From: a virus
IMG/VR virus record: IMGVR_UViG_3300029429_000001
Coordinates: 1-64,000 of that record
Length of the DNA: 64,000 bases
Strand: one strand, 5' to 3'
Shown here: positions 19,302-29,064 of the stretch, piece by piece
Numbering within the stretch: the first letter of the stretch is position 1
Layout of the letters: every line of letters starts with the position of its first letter
Position numbers and translations under genes: made by a program
The notes under the pieces: model-generated
Databases searched by the model: none
What the model saw: the letters and a program-made list of their open reading frames with translations, nothing else
Told to the model about the DNA's origin: nothing

Positions 19302-19838
19302 TTAAGCCGCCAGCAAGTCGGATTTAGTATATTTATGGCCGAAGTAATGAACGCCCTGGTAGCTATACCAGGCACGGAATTTCCACATGCCTTTCTCTAT
19401 ACAGATCTGCTGCATAGCTCTATCAAAATCGTTTTTACAGTTGCGGGGGAGTATTCCCATACGCATTAGCTGATAGCCCAGATCATGAAATAAGGACCCG
19501 TCCATCCATGTTTTTGTGTGGAAAACCGGACCGCTCGGACCGTCCCACGCATAGCCAGGCTCAATGACCACCAAGATATGGCCAGCATCCAGAACGTATA
19601 CAGTGAAATACTTATTCGCGATCAGTAAGCCCTCAGGCATGCCGGTCTTAATCTTCAGTGTGCGAACCCGTGTTTCCTCTACCACATAGCCAAAATCACT
19701 TAGGCGCCTTTTTTTGTAATACAGAGATGAATCATTAGCCGCCTCGATGTATGGCCGGGGTATATCGAGCGGCGCCTCCCTTAAACTTGCTATTTTAAGC
19801 GCTAGCGCCGAGTCATCGTTATTTTTACGTTTGAGCAC
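19302..19838 (-). CDS. DUF1353-like phage protein
   Basis: PGYAWDGPS, SLFHDLGYQ, YQGVHYFG motifs. Confidence 0.65.
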   Translation of the reverse strand: MLKRKNNDDSALALKIASLREAPLDIPRPYIEAANDSSLYYKKRRLSDFGYVVEETRVRTLKIKTGMPEGLLIANKYFTVYVLDAGHILVVIEPGYAWDGPSGPVFHTKTWMDGSLFHDLGYQLMRMGILPRNCKNDFDRAMQQICIEKGMWKFRAWYSYQGVHYFGHKYTKSDLLAA

Positions 19839-19925
19839 CGTTATGCCCTCCAGTAATAATCCGCCAGCACGGCGGAAAAGAAATTGCCTTGCGGCAAGAT
19901 TAAACGCACAAGTGCGTAATTGAAA

Positions 19926-20408
19926 TTAATCTAATTCGGGGGTTTGGAATACGTCCAGGGATTTCCTATGAGCCATCAGCCATTCGGCGCCCATACGATC
20001 TTTAATGTGTTTCAGGATGGCCGATAGCGCTGGCGGCTCCACGTCGGGTATTTCATGCTCAATGCCTACCATCGCACCACGGGCCTTGATTGCCTGGTTA
20101 TACGCCACCCAGTAACCTAAGCGACGTATAGGGAACGCCTTACTATCACGCTCGTTATTCGCATAGTCGGCACGCTGAGCCATAAAGGAATATTGCGCCG
20201 CTCGCTTTGCATCCGGTTTGCGGATAAACAGAATTATTCCAGAAAAGCCGGTCACGGTAACATCACGGCCTACCAGGATAGGAGGTAAAGGGATCTGGAC
20301 ACCACCTACCGTCACACCGTTAACATTGTTAGTCCGGGCAACCGCTTTGCAGAGATCCACATAAAAATTAGACAGCGAGGATTCGCGTCTTACTACAGAG
20401 TTTGTCAT
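19926..20408 (-). CDS. Hypothetical protein
   Basis: GGAG RBS and hairpin motif before ATG 20408. Confidence 0.55.
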   Translation of the reverse strand: MTNSVVRRESSLSNFYVDLCKAVARTNNVNGVTVGGVQIPLPPILVGRDVTVTGFSGIILFIRKPDAKRAAQYSFMAQRADYANNERDSKAFPIRRLGYWVAYNQAIKARGAMVGIEHEIPDVEPPALSAILKHIKDRMGAEWLMAHRKSLDVFQTPELD

Positions 20409-20475
20409 CTTATTTACTCCAGGGCCGTTAATCCCCGTACTACAGTTAAGTGCGCATTCTAGCACTATTAATAAA

Positions 20476-20727
20476 TCAGCCCGCTTTCAATCTACTAGCC
20501 GCTATAAACTCATTGGCCGGTATTCCTGCCCCGTGCACATTGGCGGGCAGCTGGGGCCGTATACGCTCAAGCCTAAGTGTGAACTGCCCCCTGCAACCCA
20601 CGCACTGGAACGTAAGACATATCCGCTTCATACGGACCAATACATTACATTCCTGGCAGTAAGGCCGATAAGTCTCATCGCCTTTAATTCTAGCCGCCAG
20701 CTGCTCGCGTAAATCAGGATTATTCAC
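20476..20727 (-). CDS. Small Zn-ribbon protein
   Basis: CQEC...CVGC. Confidence 0.5.
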   Translation of the reverse strand: MNNPDLREQLAARIKGDETYRPYCQECNVLVRMKRICLTFQCVGCRGQFTLRLERIRPQLPANVHGAGIPANEFIAASRLKAG

Positions 20728-20902
20728 CCTCTACCGCCACACCATAACTATTATCAGGATGCACATAGTTAAAAGGTTTCTCGCAGGCTTCACATTGGCT
20801 CTCATGTTTTCCCCCGTCATCAAGAACATGATCTACCGAATTGATATCACCACAATCCGGGCACGCTGCCTCGATCACTGTATAGGACAATACTGTTTTC
20901 AC
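20720..20902 (-). CDS. Small Zn-ribbon protein
   Basis: CPDC...CEAC; GGAG RBS. Confidence 0.55.
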   Translation of the reverse strand: MKTVLSYTVIEAACPDCGDINSVDHVLDDGGKHESQCEACEKPFNYVHPDNSYGVAVEGE

Positions 20903-21124
20903 TACTTACTCCAGGCCCCGTTAAGGCCGTTTAATGCTCTTGATTAGTCCATGCGTTTGTTGATTAGTCCACGACGCAGGATTTCTAAATTTAATATTTG
21001 AAGATCTCAATAATCACAGTTCCCAGCAAAGCCAGTAGTGCGATACCTCCAATCGATAACGGGCCGCCCGAATCCTTCACATATCTAATTGCTGGCGGCT
21101 CAGGTGGCTCAGGTATATGGGCCA

Positions 21125-21403
21125 TTATTCCATGCCCTCGGCTGCCATGTTAGCAGCGAGCTCATTAACAGACTTGTTCAAGGCCTCTATATGCTCCTTA
21201 CCGGTACCTGCATGCTCTGCCATGACCAATGCCGTATGAATACGCACGTTTAGGTCTAAGAGGTGCTGGCGGTACTTAGAGCGGTACTTACTCTCAGCTG
21301 AATCCTTCACCATTTTAGCGGTAGCCAGGGTCGCTGCCAATGCAGAGAATATAACCAGGACCCAAACACCCAGCACGGGACCAAAAAACTCAATGATGAG
21401 CAT
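21125..21403 (-). CDS. Membrane-anchored hypothetical protein
   Basis: N-terminal TM; probable start MLIIEFF. Confidence 0.5.
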   Translation of the reverse strand: MLIIEFFGPVLGVWVLVIFSALAATLATAKMVKDSAESKYRSKYRQHLLDLNVRIHTALVMAEHAGTGKEHIEALNKSVNELAANMAAEGME

Positions 21404-21599
21404 TTTTAAGATCCTCTCTAATTTGCTTGGCCAATAGCTCAAGCATTTCAGGAAGCTCAGCCGTGCGCTCAGGGCTTGCCTGGCAACTAAACCCGCTCCC
21501 ATGTATGCCATCGATCACAACTATCACCGCGCCGGCCGCATTGGTTGCCTCGCGTAACACTGTGCACGCATCGTCGTATTTACCTTTACCTTCAGCCAT
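21390..21599 (-). CDS. Conserved phage hypothetical protein
   Basis: GKYDD.CT..RE...A..VIV.V..G..GSGFS.Q motif. Confidence 0.6.
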   Translation of the reverse strand: MAEGKGKYDDACTVLREATNAAGAVIVVIDGIHGSGFSCQASPERTAELPEMLELLAKQIREDLKNAHH

Positions 21600-22000
21600 T
21601 AGCTAGTCACCTCAATTGCCCTTCTCTTAAGCAGAAAATCATTAAACGCCATCCGGTTTAATAGATTCGCTTCATAGCACCAGCCCACCACCTCAGATAC
21701 AACCTTATCGGCCGCGCCCTGGTAGCGGGCTTTAACAAAGTATTCCCCATCATAATAACCAGGTACCAACATACCCAAGTGGGTCATCATAAGAACAGGA
21801 TCACCCACCGATGGCTTGCCCTGCTCGGGATTTCTAAAGCAACTAAGGTTTAATCCGCACTCTCTTTGTTCCTGAGATATAAGCCTTAGCTTTCGGGCTT
21901 GCTCCCTAATTCTTGAGGAGAAATACAGCGATATAAATACCATGATAAGGACCAAAATATTCACTGCCAGGCTAGCCCATTGGTTAAATTCTAATTCCAT
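21599..22000 (-). CDS. Membrane-anchored hypothetical protein
   Basis: N-terminal TM. Confidence 0.5.
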   Translation of the reverse strand: MELEFNQWASLAVNILVLIMVFISLYFSSRIREQARKLRLISQEQRECGLNLSCFRNPEQGKPSVGDPVLMMTHLGMLVPGYYDGEYFVKARYQGAADKVVSEVVGWCYEANLLNRMAFNDFLLKRRAIEVTS

Positions 22001-22587
22001 TACTTATCACGCCTTAAACCATTCGCAGTTAAATAGGTTTCCAGATCCGCCAGCTGCTCATCGGTACCCACAAGAAAACCCGCCTTATCATAGCCAGCTA
22101 CCCTGGATACAAACTCCAGCAACGGACCGCTCTTGCAAAGTGCCCCCGGTACCTGCTCACTCATACCCAACAGGAAGTAAGCAAACGCACCGACCTCCTG
22201 AGGGCCTATGAACGCAAGCACGCCATTAATACTTAGATAACGGCAGTCAGCATCGCTGGCGGATGCCCTAAGGCTAAACAAAAGCTCCAGGGCAATAGTA
22301 AGCGGCTCGCCCACCTGGCCATTAGAATCAGAAATCGTTTTACCTGCCTTATAGGATTTTTCGGCAAACATGATCACGCTTAATGCGTGCATGATATCCG
22401 GCAGGCTTGTGTCTGCCAGGTGCGGCCAGCCCTTAAACTTATCGTGCATTACAACCGCCAGCACATCACTAAAACCACCGGGGCTCAGGTCATCATAGCG
22501 CGTGAAAAAACCCTTATTTTCTAGGGTATTTCTGATTTTAGTGGCCATATCCAATGGTGTAGCCTCACTCATTTTTAGATCTCTCAA
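22000..22587 (-). CDS. Hypothetical protein
   Basis: 195 aa coupled ORF. Confidence 0.55.
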   Translation of the reverse strand: MRDLKMSEATPLDMATKIRNTLENKGFFTRYDDLSPGGFSDVLAVVMHDKFKGWPHLADTSLPDIMHALSVIMFAEKSYKAGKTISDSNGQVGEPLTIALELLFSLRASASDADCRYLSINGVLAFIGPQEVGAFAYFLLGMSEQVPGALCKSGPLLEFVSRVAGYDKAGFLVGTDEQLADLETYLTANGLRRDK

Positions 22588-22751
22588 TTCGTATGTGGTT
22601 AATGCGCAAACCCATCAAGGCAGCACCAAAAATAAACAAAGCAACACAGCCCATAACCTCGAACCATTCACATTCACCCCATCGGATAGACCCGGCCCAT
22701 ACAGCCAGCCCCATCAACATCACCGCGCAAATAAGGTCCTGCCTAATAGCA

Positions 22752-23123
22752 CTATTCAATTTCTGCTTTCTCCAATCTCGCCAGCTCTCTAATCTGCATT
22801 TCTTTTTGTACGCGGCGCATTGCGATTTCTTCATCAGTAAACAGGGCGCCAAGGATCTCGCCGCCATCTATATGGCCTTTACCGTAGGCCTCGAATATTG
22901 AAAGGTCGATCGATAACGTGCCTATACGGTACCCGGCGTAAACGCAGAAAAGGAGAAATACACCTATGGCCAGTTGAACCACAAGATCGGCTGTAACCCC
23001 AAGCCCGGCATCGATACTGGCCATCATAAGCGCGCCATTCCAGCCTATCTGCCCCCCAGCCAGAAACAAGCTAACGATCATTAGCGAGCAAGAGTTCCAC
23101 AGAGAAAATTTAACTTTATTCAT
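22752..23123 (-). CDS. Membrane protein
   Basis: Two TM segments; GGAG RBS. Confidence 0.55.
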   Translation of the reverse strand: MNKVKFSLWNSCSLMIVSLFLAGGQIGWNGALMMASIDAGLGVTADLVVQLAIGVFLLFCVYAGYRIGTLSIDLSIFEAYGKGHIDGGEILGALFTDEEIAMRRVQKEMQIRELARLEKAEIE

Positions 23124-23437
23124 TACTCCTCCCTTGGCGGATGATTAAATATAGGAACGTCGGATATCTCAGGTCCCTTCCAGGGCTCACTAGCAGCGTA
23201 ATCAATCTTATCCGCTACTTTGACCAAGGCAGTAAGTCGCGCAGTGTGCACCTCATCATTGTCAGTATCTTCAGAATAAAACATGAGCATAACCTCTTTT
23301 CTAATCTGCTTAAGCTCATCAAGCCGCTTTGCCTGGTACTGATCAGCAAGCATGGCGCTATTGCGATTAACAACCCATACCGACACAACAGCAACGACTA
23401 CCCATGCAATCATCTGCACTATAAATTGCGCTTCCAT
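23123..23437 (-). CDS. Membrane-anchored hypothetical protein
   Basis: N-terminal TM; GGAG RBS. Confidence 0.55.
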   Translation of the reverse strand: MEAQFIVQMIAWVVVAVVSVWVVNRNSAMLADQYQAKRLDELKQIRKEVMLMFYSEDTDNDEVHTARLTALVKVADKIDYAASEPWKGPEISDVPIFNHPPREE

Positions 23438-23577
23438 AACCTAACTCCCAACCTTTTTAACTGCAGAAACTATTAATTTATTCACCAACTCAAAAGCTTC
23501 TTTATGAATTGGTTCCCTGGCATTCCACAGCAAAGCCGCCAGCTCTGGTGGCTGCTCTTCGTGATATTCAAATAAAT

Positions 23578-24216
23578 CTACCATTGGCCTACATCCACTC
23601 CGATCACGTTATCCATATAGGCTTCTTCGACTTTTTCCTGGGTAATACCTATGTATTCCAGGGTTTCCGAAGGTGCACTATGATTAAAAAGTTTTTGCAG
23701 GGTATGAATATCAATCCCGCCATTATATGCGTTATACCCGAAGGTCTTACGCATGCTGTGAGTCGAGAAACGATAAGGAAGGTCCAGGCGCTCCCGCACT
23801 TCCCTAAATAATTTGCCCACATAAGAGGCACTAATAGGACCCTTCTTAGCGGCCGTTAAGTTACTCACTCCCTCAAACAAAAAAACCGCTTCCGGGTTTA
23901 AATTTTTCAGGCGATCAAGGGCCTCCATGGCCCCGGTGTTAAGTACCAGGCGCTTATGCTTTTTGGTTTTGATTTCTTTTATTTCAACGTAACCAATGCG
24001 CTTGCCTTTTACTTCGACCTCTCGGATATCGCCAAACGTAAGCCTTAATAAGTCACTGATTCTTAACGCGCAATTACAGCCGATCAAGAACAGCTCAGCA
24101 TCCCTAAACCGCCCCATACCTCGAAGCTTGTTATAGATCATCTTGAGGTCAATAAGATCTTTAACGGGGGAGGCTTTACCTCCTCGCTGCCGGACGGTAT
24201 CGGTCATCCTAATCAC
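23578..24216 (-). CDS. Tyrosine recombinase/resolvase (catalytic domain only)
   Basis: ALRISDLL (R), KEIKTKK (K), HSMRKT (HxxR), LFNHS..TLEYIG (H, Y). Confidence 0.9.
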   Translation of the reverse strand: MIRMTDTVRQRGGKASPVKDLIDLKMIYNKLRGMGRFRDAELFLIGCNCALRISDLLRLTFGDIREVEVKGKRIGYVEIKEIKTKKHKRLVLNTGAMEALDRLKNLNPEAVFLFEGVSNLTAAKKGPISASYVGKLFREVRERLDLPYRFSTHSMRKTFGYNAYNGGIDIHTLQKLFNHSAPSETLEYIGITQEKVEEAYMDNVIGVDVGQW

Positions 24217-24613
24217 CTTTTTCGTTATTGTTTTGTGCGATGGAATTCATTAATTGCTGGCGGTTATCACCTGCAGCTGGGACCTGGTTATATTTACCCA
24301 TGGCGTGATCCATCATGACGCCGGCAAACATTCTAATGACAAACTTTTGCAGGGCTTCACGATTTTCTGGAGTGTCATTATCAGGCTCATAATCAAACGC
24401 ATTAGCCTCAAATAGATCCTGCAGCTCAATTAAGGACTTATCCAACGGGAATCCGTCGAAACACTCCTCAAGAACCTCTTCAATCCACGCCACATAACCA
24501 GGCATGGCCATCACTTCAAACGCTTCCTGGCGTGAATTCTCACACTCGCTTTTAAACGCGGCAAACCAATCTGAAGTGGAAATTTTTAGTAGTTCGATTT
24601 TAATAATATTCAC
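24209..24613 (-). CDS. Hypothetical acidic protein
   Basis: Overlaps resolvase start. Confidence 0.55.
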   Translation of the reverse strand: MNIIKIELLKISTSDWFAAFKSECENSRQEAFEVMAMPGYVAWIEEVLEECFDGFPLDKSLIELQDLFEANAFDYEPDNDTPENREALQKFVIRMFAGVMMDHAMGKYNQVPAAGDNRQQLMNSIAQNNNEKGD

Positions 24614-24661
24614 AATAAACCCTATTTTTATAGACTAAAACGCATTACCGGAAGCGGCTAT

Positions 24662-24946
24662 TTACTTGTAATTGGCCTTGGCCACTTCAGTTAATAGGTC
24701 GAGATAATCGCGAGTCAGAGTGTCGCATTCAATCTGGGCAGCGATCACAGCTTTAAAGGATTTTTGCATCTTGGCTTTATTGTTGCCCTCGAAAAAACCG
24801 CAACTGGAAATAGAGAAGGCGTACTTAGCGTATTTGGAGCCGGAGTTTTTGTAGCGCTTAACTGTAGCGAATACAACCGAGTGGCCTGCATGGTTCTTGG
24901 CCAATTTCATAGCCGAGGAAGCTTGAGTGTTTATTGATCTGTTCAT
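24662..24946 (-). CDS. Hypothetical protein
   Basis: ORF; may extend to an ATG near 24972 if an A5 run is A6. Confidence 0.55.
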   Translation of the reverse strand: MNRSINTQASSAMKLAKNHAGHSVVFATVKRYKNSGSKYAKYAFSISSCGFFEGNNKAKMQKSFKAVIAAQIECDTLTRDYLDLLTEVAKANYK

Positions 24947-25059
24947 TTTTGCGTCATCTTATAAGTTTTCATAATCCGGCCCCGTTAATGGCGTTTTATG
25001 AAAAATGAGTGATATGGAACAAAAGGAATCCTACTCCTTAAATGCCAGCTTTACAAGGG

Positions 25060-25127
25060 TTTTAAGGACTAGGAGGTTAGAACGGGTATGATTTCCAGTA
25101 AACATGGGGCCTCCCTAGTCCTTAAAA
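25060..25127. repeat. 14-bp inverted repeat TTTTAAGGACTAGG...CCTAGTCCTTAAAA
   Basis: Seen directly, upstream of the resolvase operon. Confidence 0.7.
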
Positions 25128-25696
25128 GACGGGAGTATGAACCAGATCTGCATTAGCTTGAAATCTGTAATAACGGCAGGGAATATACCCGCGCATTTCT
25201 CCCAGCGCACGAATAGATCAATAATTAATCAGAGGTAGTAAATCGACCAAAAGAGGACGATATGCGCCAAAACCAGAACATTTACTCAATGTAGGTTTAT
25301 ACCTTATTACCATGTAAGAGATATCTTACAAAACATTGACTGCCCGGTTAACTTACAAGCAGTCAACACATGCGATGTAAATATATGTAACTGGCGCCAC
25401 CTAATATGAAAGTACCAGCCAAAAAGCGTCAATATATTGACACTGGCCTGTTGTAAATGGATTTAACTGTTTCAATTGGCATTGCGTATTGACTGACCAA
25501 TAAACAACCAAAATCCACGCAATGAGAATCAGTTCACTCTTTTTATGGAATTGTTACAAAAAAAGAACATTTAGCAGGGTAAAGGCACATTAAGACTATT
25601 GATAAACAGCGCTTTGCCACATAGAATAAATAACACATCTAAAGGTGTTCTTTTTATAACTTAAGGTTATAAGGGGGAAAACTGATAGATAGACAC

Positions 25697-25740
25697 AAAA
25701 AAAGGCGACCATAGATCGTGAAATCTATTAGCCGCCTTTC
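25697..25740 (-). terminator. Terminator-like long hairpin with T-run
   Basis: AAAGGCGGCTAATAGAT..ATCTATGGTCGCCTTTTTTT on minus strand. Confidence 0.6.
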
Positions 25741-26115
25741 CTGAGGGATGAGCGTTACTGATTACCAACCAGTAACACCAACCGGAGGGGATTCGCTAGA
25801 AACAAGAGATATGCCGTCTCGAGTTTATTTGAATCGACCTATATAGCCCTATGCAAAAGAACTAAATCTCAGCAATCAAACAGAAAACCAGTAATGCCTA
25901 AATGCTGAGGGCCTGTAATCTACTAGCAATCATTGGCTATTACTAGCCAGATTGTCCTGTTATTGCCGTTTTTTCGTCAAAATCCCACCGTAAATGAAAA
26001 AAACCTTACATTTTACGCAAGCGCTTTCATTTGCTGACCAACTGGTCAGTATTTAACCGTATCCACTTAACGCACACAATCTAGTTGTGCAATGCCCTTA
26101 ATAGTCAAAACGATC

Positions 26116-27648
26116 TTACAGGTTGGCATACTCACCATAGTCACCAAACGCTCCTCCAGAATCCGCCAGCAACTCTTGCGATATCTCAGTGTCACCTACC
26201 GGGATAAAGTCGCACATCCATAAGAAAGCGTAAGTGTCGAATATATCAGGCGACTTGATACCCTTCTTTGCCATCTCTGGTTTGGGCATCATTTGTAGCT
26301 GCAGGCCATCGCCATTATCCACATACTTAAACGGCAGATTAATAAACTGGTTAGTTAGTTTGGTCACTTGCTGGCGGGTCCCATGGAAAAGCTGGATATT
26401 GCCATGCCTTAGGGCGTCTCTAACCATGCAGGAGGCGTAAGCACGTTTATTAAAGTACTTGGCTCGACCACTCTTAGCATGGACCTTGGCGCCCCAGCTG
26501 ATCGGCACCACGTTAGGAATATTATGGCGCTCGAGTTCAATGATCATCTCGCCACCCATGGCGCCCTTATCCACTCCCACCGTCACATTCTGGTAGTTGG
26601 GAATGTACTCCTCTACCAGTATCCTGGCGAAATCTACCGCCCCCACATCGCCGGCCATTTCCTTAGTCAGGACGGTCTGGACTATCCGGGTCTCACCGTA
26701 TCCGGATACCCTGGCAATGGTGAGCACACAACTATCCCGGTGATTACCACCCGCCACATCGCACGCGAATATGTACCCCCAGTCTTCCTCATGATCTACC
26801 TTGGCTTTGAGCCCGGCCTCTACCAGGGACCTCGATATCAGGTTGCCATCTTGATCATCGGCAAACTCGCCCCTAACCCTAATCTTGTATTCAACAGAAT
26901 CCCGGCCGCCAAACTCCAGATACTTACCGGTTATAAATGAGTTAGTCACGTTGGGGCTGTCTTCAGAATTCATGACAAAAGTTTGATAGGTACCATCCGC
27001 CCGCTTGCCGGTACCCGTATGTGCCAGGTCATGATGGCTACGATAAAATAAGCCTTCATTCCTGGTGGGCTGGCTAAGCAATAGCAGCCGGTTATCGTAC
27101 TCTGTGAGCGTGCCGGTTATCTTGTCAAAGGCAGCATCACCAAGGCCACTCGCCTCATCGACGATATACATCATGTGTGCCGCGTGTTCACCCGCCAGCG
27201 CTTCCTCTTGCCCTACCCGATAACCCTTGATCGCTACCGACCACTCCAGCTTGGCCTCATTACAATAAAAGGACGTATCTGTCAGGGTGAAATAATCCCC
27301 TAACCAGGGGAAACGAATGAGCGCCAATTTCCAATATTTAGAGAGGTTTTTGAATACGCCTATGACCACCTGCTGAACTTTGTTGGCAGTAATACAGACG
27401 CGAGAGTCTATGTACGAGGTTATGAAATTTAGAATTAAGACGGCGGTTATCGATGACTTACCGGTCCCGGTACCCGAGCGCACAGATACCCGGTTCCCCT
27501 GGATATCCATAGCCCCTAGCAATTCCTTTTGCTGCCAGGAGGGCACCACCATGCAAACCTCTTCAGCAAACAAAGCTGAGCGGTCACGATAGCGCACCAC
27601 AAAATCATGCCACCTGGGGTCCTTTCTTATGGATACTCGGGCTGCCAT
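26116..27648 (-). CDS. pacB: Terminase large subunit (P1 PacB-like)
   Basis: Walker A SGTGTGKS, EALAGEHA, Walker B IVDEASG, DVAGG nuclease, KSPDIFD. Confidence 0.92.
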   Translation of the reverse strand: MAARVSIRKDPRWHDFVVRYRDRSALFAEEVCMVVPSWQQKELLGAMDIQGNRVSVRSGTGTGKSSITAVLILNFITSYIDSRVCITANKVQQVVIGVFKNLSKYWKLALIRFPWLGDYFTLTDTSFYCNEAKLEWSVAIKGYRVGQEEALAGEHAAHMMYIVDEASGLGDAAFDKITGTLTEYDNRLLLLSQPTRNEGLFYRSHHDLAHTGTGKRADGTYQTFVMNSEDSPNVTNSFITGKYLEFGGRDSVEYKIRVRGEFADDQDGNLISRSLVEAGLKAKVDHEEDWGYIFACDVAGGNHRDSCVLTIARVSGYGETRIVQTVLTKEMAGDVGAVDFARILVEEYIPNYQNVTVGVDKGAMGGEMIIELERHNIPNVVPISWGAKVHAKSGRAKYFNKRAYASCMVRDALRHGNIQLFHGTRQQVTKLTNQFINLPFKYVDNGDGLQLQMMPKPEMAKKGIKSPDIFDTYAFLWMCDFIPVGDTEISQELLADSGGAFGDYGEYANL

Positions 27649-29060
27649 TAATTGGCGTCCTCTTCATCCGTGCCGATATCCTCGCCCCGCATCATTTGCT
27701 CAATGATCTCAGCACGGCCGGCCATGTTTTTCTCAGAGCGGGCCGTATCCTTGGTCCTGGCCTCAGCTACCAATCTATCCAGCTCCTCCTCATTGGCCCC
27801 TTCACCGTCTCCGGCGCCACCTGCATTATCGATCTCAGAGCGCATGGCTATCTCAATAATTTTGGGCACATCCACACCCACGCGAGCCAGGCTAAGCGCA
27901 ACTTCTTTGGCAGTTATGTTCCCCGCCTCATACTCAAGTAAATAATGGTCCGTAAACTCCAGGACCTCAGCACGCGGTATGTGGCCATCAGATTGGTGCT
28001 GCTGGCGGATTAGGTTTAACAGCCTGGCCATCAAGCGATTGGCTATCTCTGTGTAGTCCCGCACGACGTACTTGCGAATATCCTTAAGGCCTTCCCCACT
28101 TATGCCGTCCTCATGACTATCAAGCTCTCGTATGCGATCCGCCAGGGGAGTGGACACACTGACCGTTTCCGTTACCGGCTTGCCATCGGCATCGAACGAG
28201 TGGCGCTCTACCGATGACTCCTCAAAACCAAACCGCCCCTTGGGTCCATCCATTAGATCCCGTTGCATAGCCGCCAGCTCATAAGCGCGTTTAAGCTCTA
28301 TCCTGGTCATGGCTATTTCAGGGGTAAGGTCCAGGCCTCCCGCCTCCGGGTTATCAAATAAATCCTGTTCATCGTCATCTAAATACTGTGAATAAATGCC
28401 GTGAATTGTGGCGTTTTTATTGCCCGATAATGGACCCGCTAAACCACCATGAACTCGGCACCGACCCTCTCCAAAATGAGAGGTTCCCCAGCCTGCCTGT
28501 TTACGGCATCTGGCCCCCAATCGGTTGCGAGCTCCACAGTGAATATCCGGATCATACTCAATGACTTCCCGGGCGCTTTTTTCGCACTTCTCGGGCTCAT
28601 TCTCGGGAATAGCTCCATGGGATCGTTTCGGAGAGCCTGCTTTTTCGCACTTCTCGATAGCTTTAGACTGCGACTTTTGATCTTTAGTGACAGTCTTAGT
28701 ACCAGGCTTAGAGGCTATACCTGGTGTAGCTTTCGAGGTTTTACCAGTGTTCTTAGTTGGCTGTGTATTCGCACTATTCGCACTATTATTTTGAGCTTTT
28801 TTAGAATTCGCACTTTTAGCAGTAGATTTAGTGGTGGTTTTCGCACTCTTTTTCGCACTCTTTTTAGGTTTCTTAACCTTAAAGTTTGCCTCAATTAATA
28901 CCTTTGCACGCTTAAGGGTAATATGGCGTTTAGCACTCCCCCACGCGCCCTCCTCAAGCTTGGAATCGACCCATTCTTGCGGCTTAATTTTTGTACTCTC
29001 ATGGGCCTTAGCAAAATCATGTAAAAGCTTGGCCCAATCCTCGGCATTACGTCTCGCCAT
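27648..29060 (-). CDS. pacA: Terminase small subunit (PacA-like) with HGG Zn-ribbon
   Basis: Upstream of pacB; CGARNR..C..RCRVHGG, GNKNATIHGIYS. Confidence 0.75.
   Translation of the reverse strand: MARRNAEDWAKLLHDFAKAHESTKIKPQEWVDSKLEEGAWGSAKRHITLKRAKVLIEANFKVKKPKKSAKKSAKTTTKSTAKSANSKKAQNNSANSANTQPTKNTGKTSKATPGIASKPGTKTVTKDQKSQSKAIEKCEKAGSPKRSHGAIPENEPEKCEKSAREVIEYDPDIHCGARNRLGARCRKQAGWGTSHFGEGRCRVHGGLAGPLSGNKNATIHGIYSQYLDDDEQDLFDNPEAGGLDLTPEIAMTRIELKRAYELAAMQRDLMDGPKGRFGFEESSVERHSFDADGKPVTETVSVSTPLADRIRELDSHEDGISGEGLKDIRKYVVRDYTEIANRLMARLLNLIRQQHQSDGHIPRAEVLEFTDHYLLEYEAGNITAKEVALSLARVGVDVPKIIEIAMRSEIDNAGGAGDGEGANEEELDRLVAEARTKDTARSEKNMAGRAEIIEQMMRGEDIGTDEEDAN
28581..28859. repeat. Seven TTCGCACT octamers in the 5' part of pacA (candidate pac site)
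   Basis: Copies at 28581, 28644, 28768, 28777, 28807, 28840, 28852, in two reading frames. Confidence 0.6.
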
Positions 29061-29064
29061 TCAA

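Noticed and set aside
23578-24216. Chromosomal integrase with att site at tRNA-Gly
   Set aside because: Protein lacks arm/core-binding N-terminal domains, no duplicated tRNA 3' end seen, and iteron replicons indicate a plasmid prophage
25629-25643. Fifth late-promoter box (AATAACACATCT)
   Set aside because: Partial match and no TANNNT at the 29-nt spacing
25645-25672. XerCD dif-like site
   Set aside because: Only about half the positions match in each arm; better explained as a local palindrome
25741-25803. Hammerhead ribozyme
   Set aside because: CUGANGA core not satisfied (CTGAGGG)
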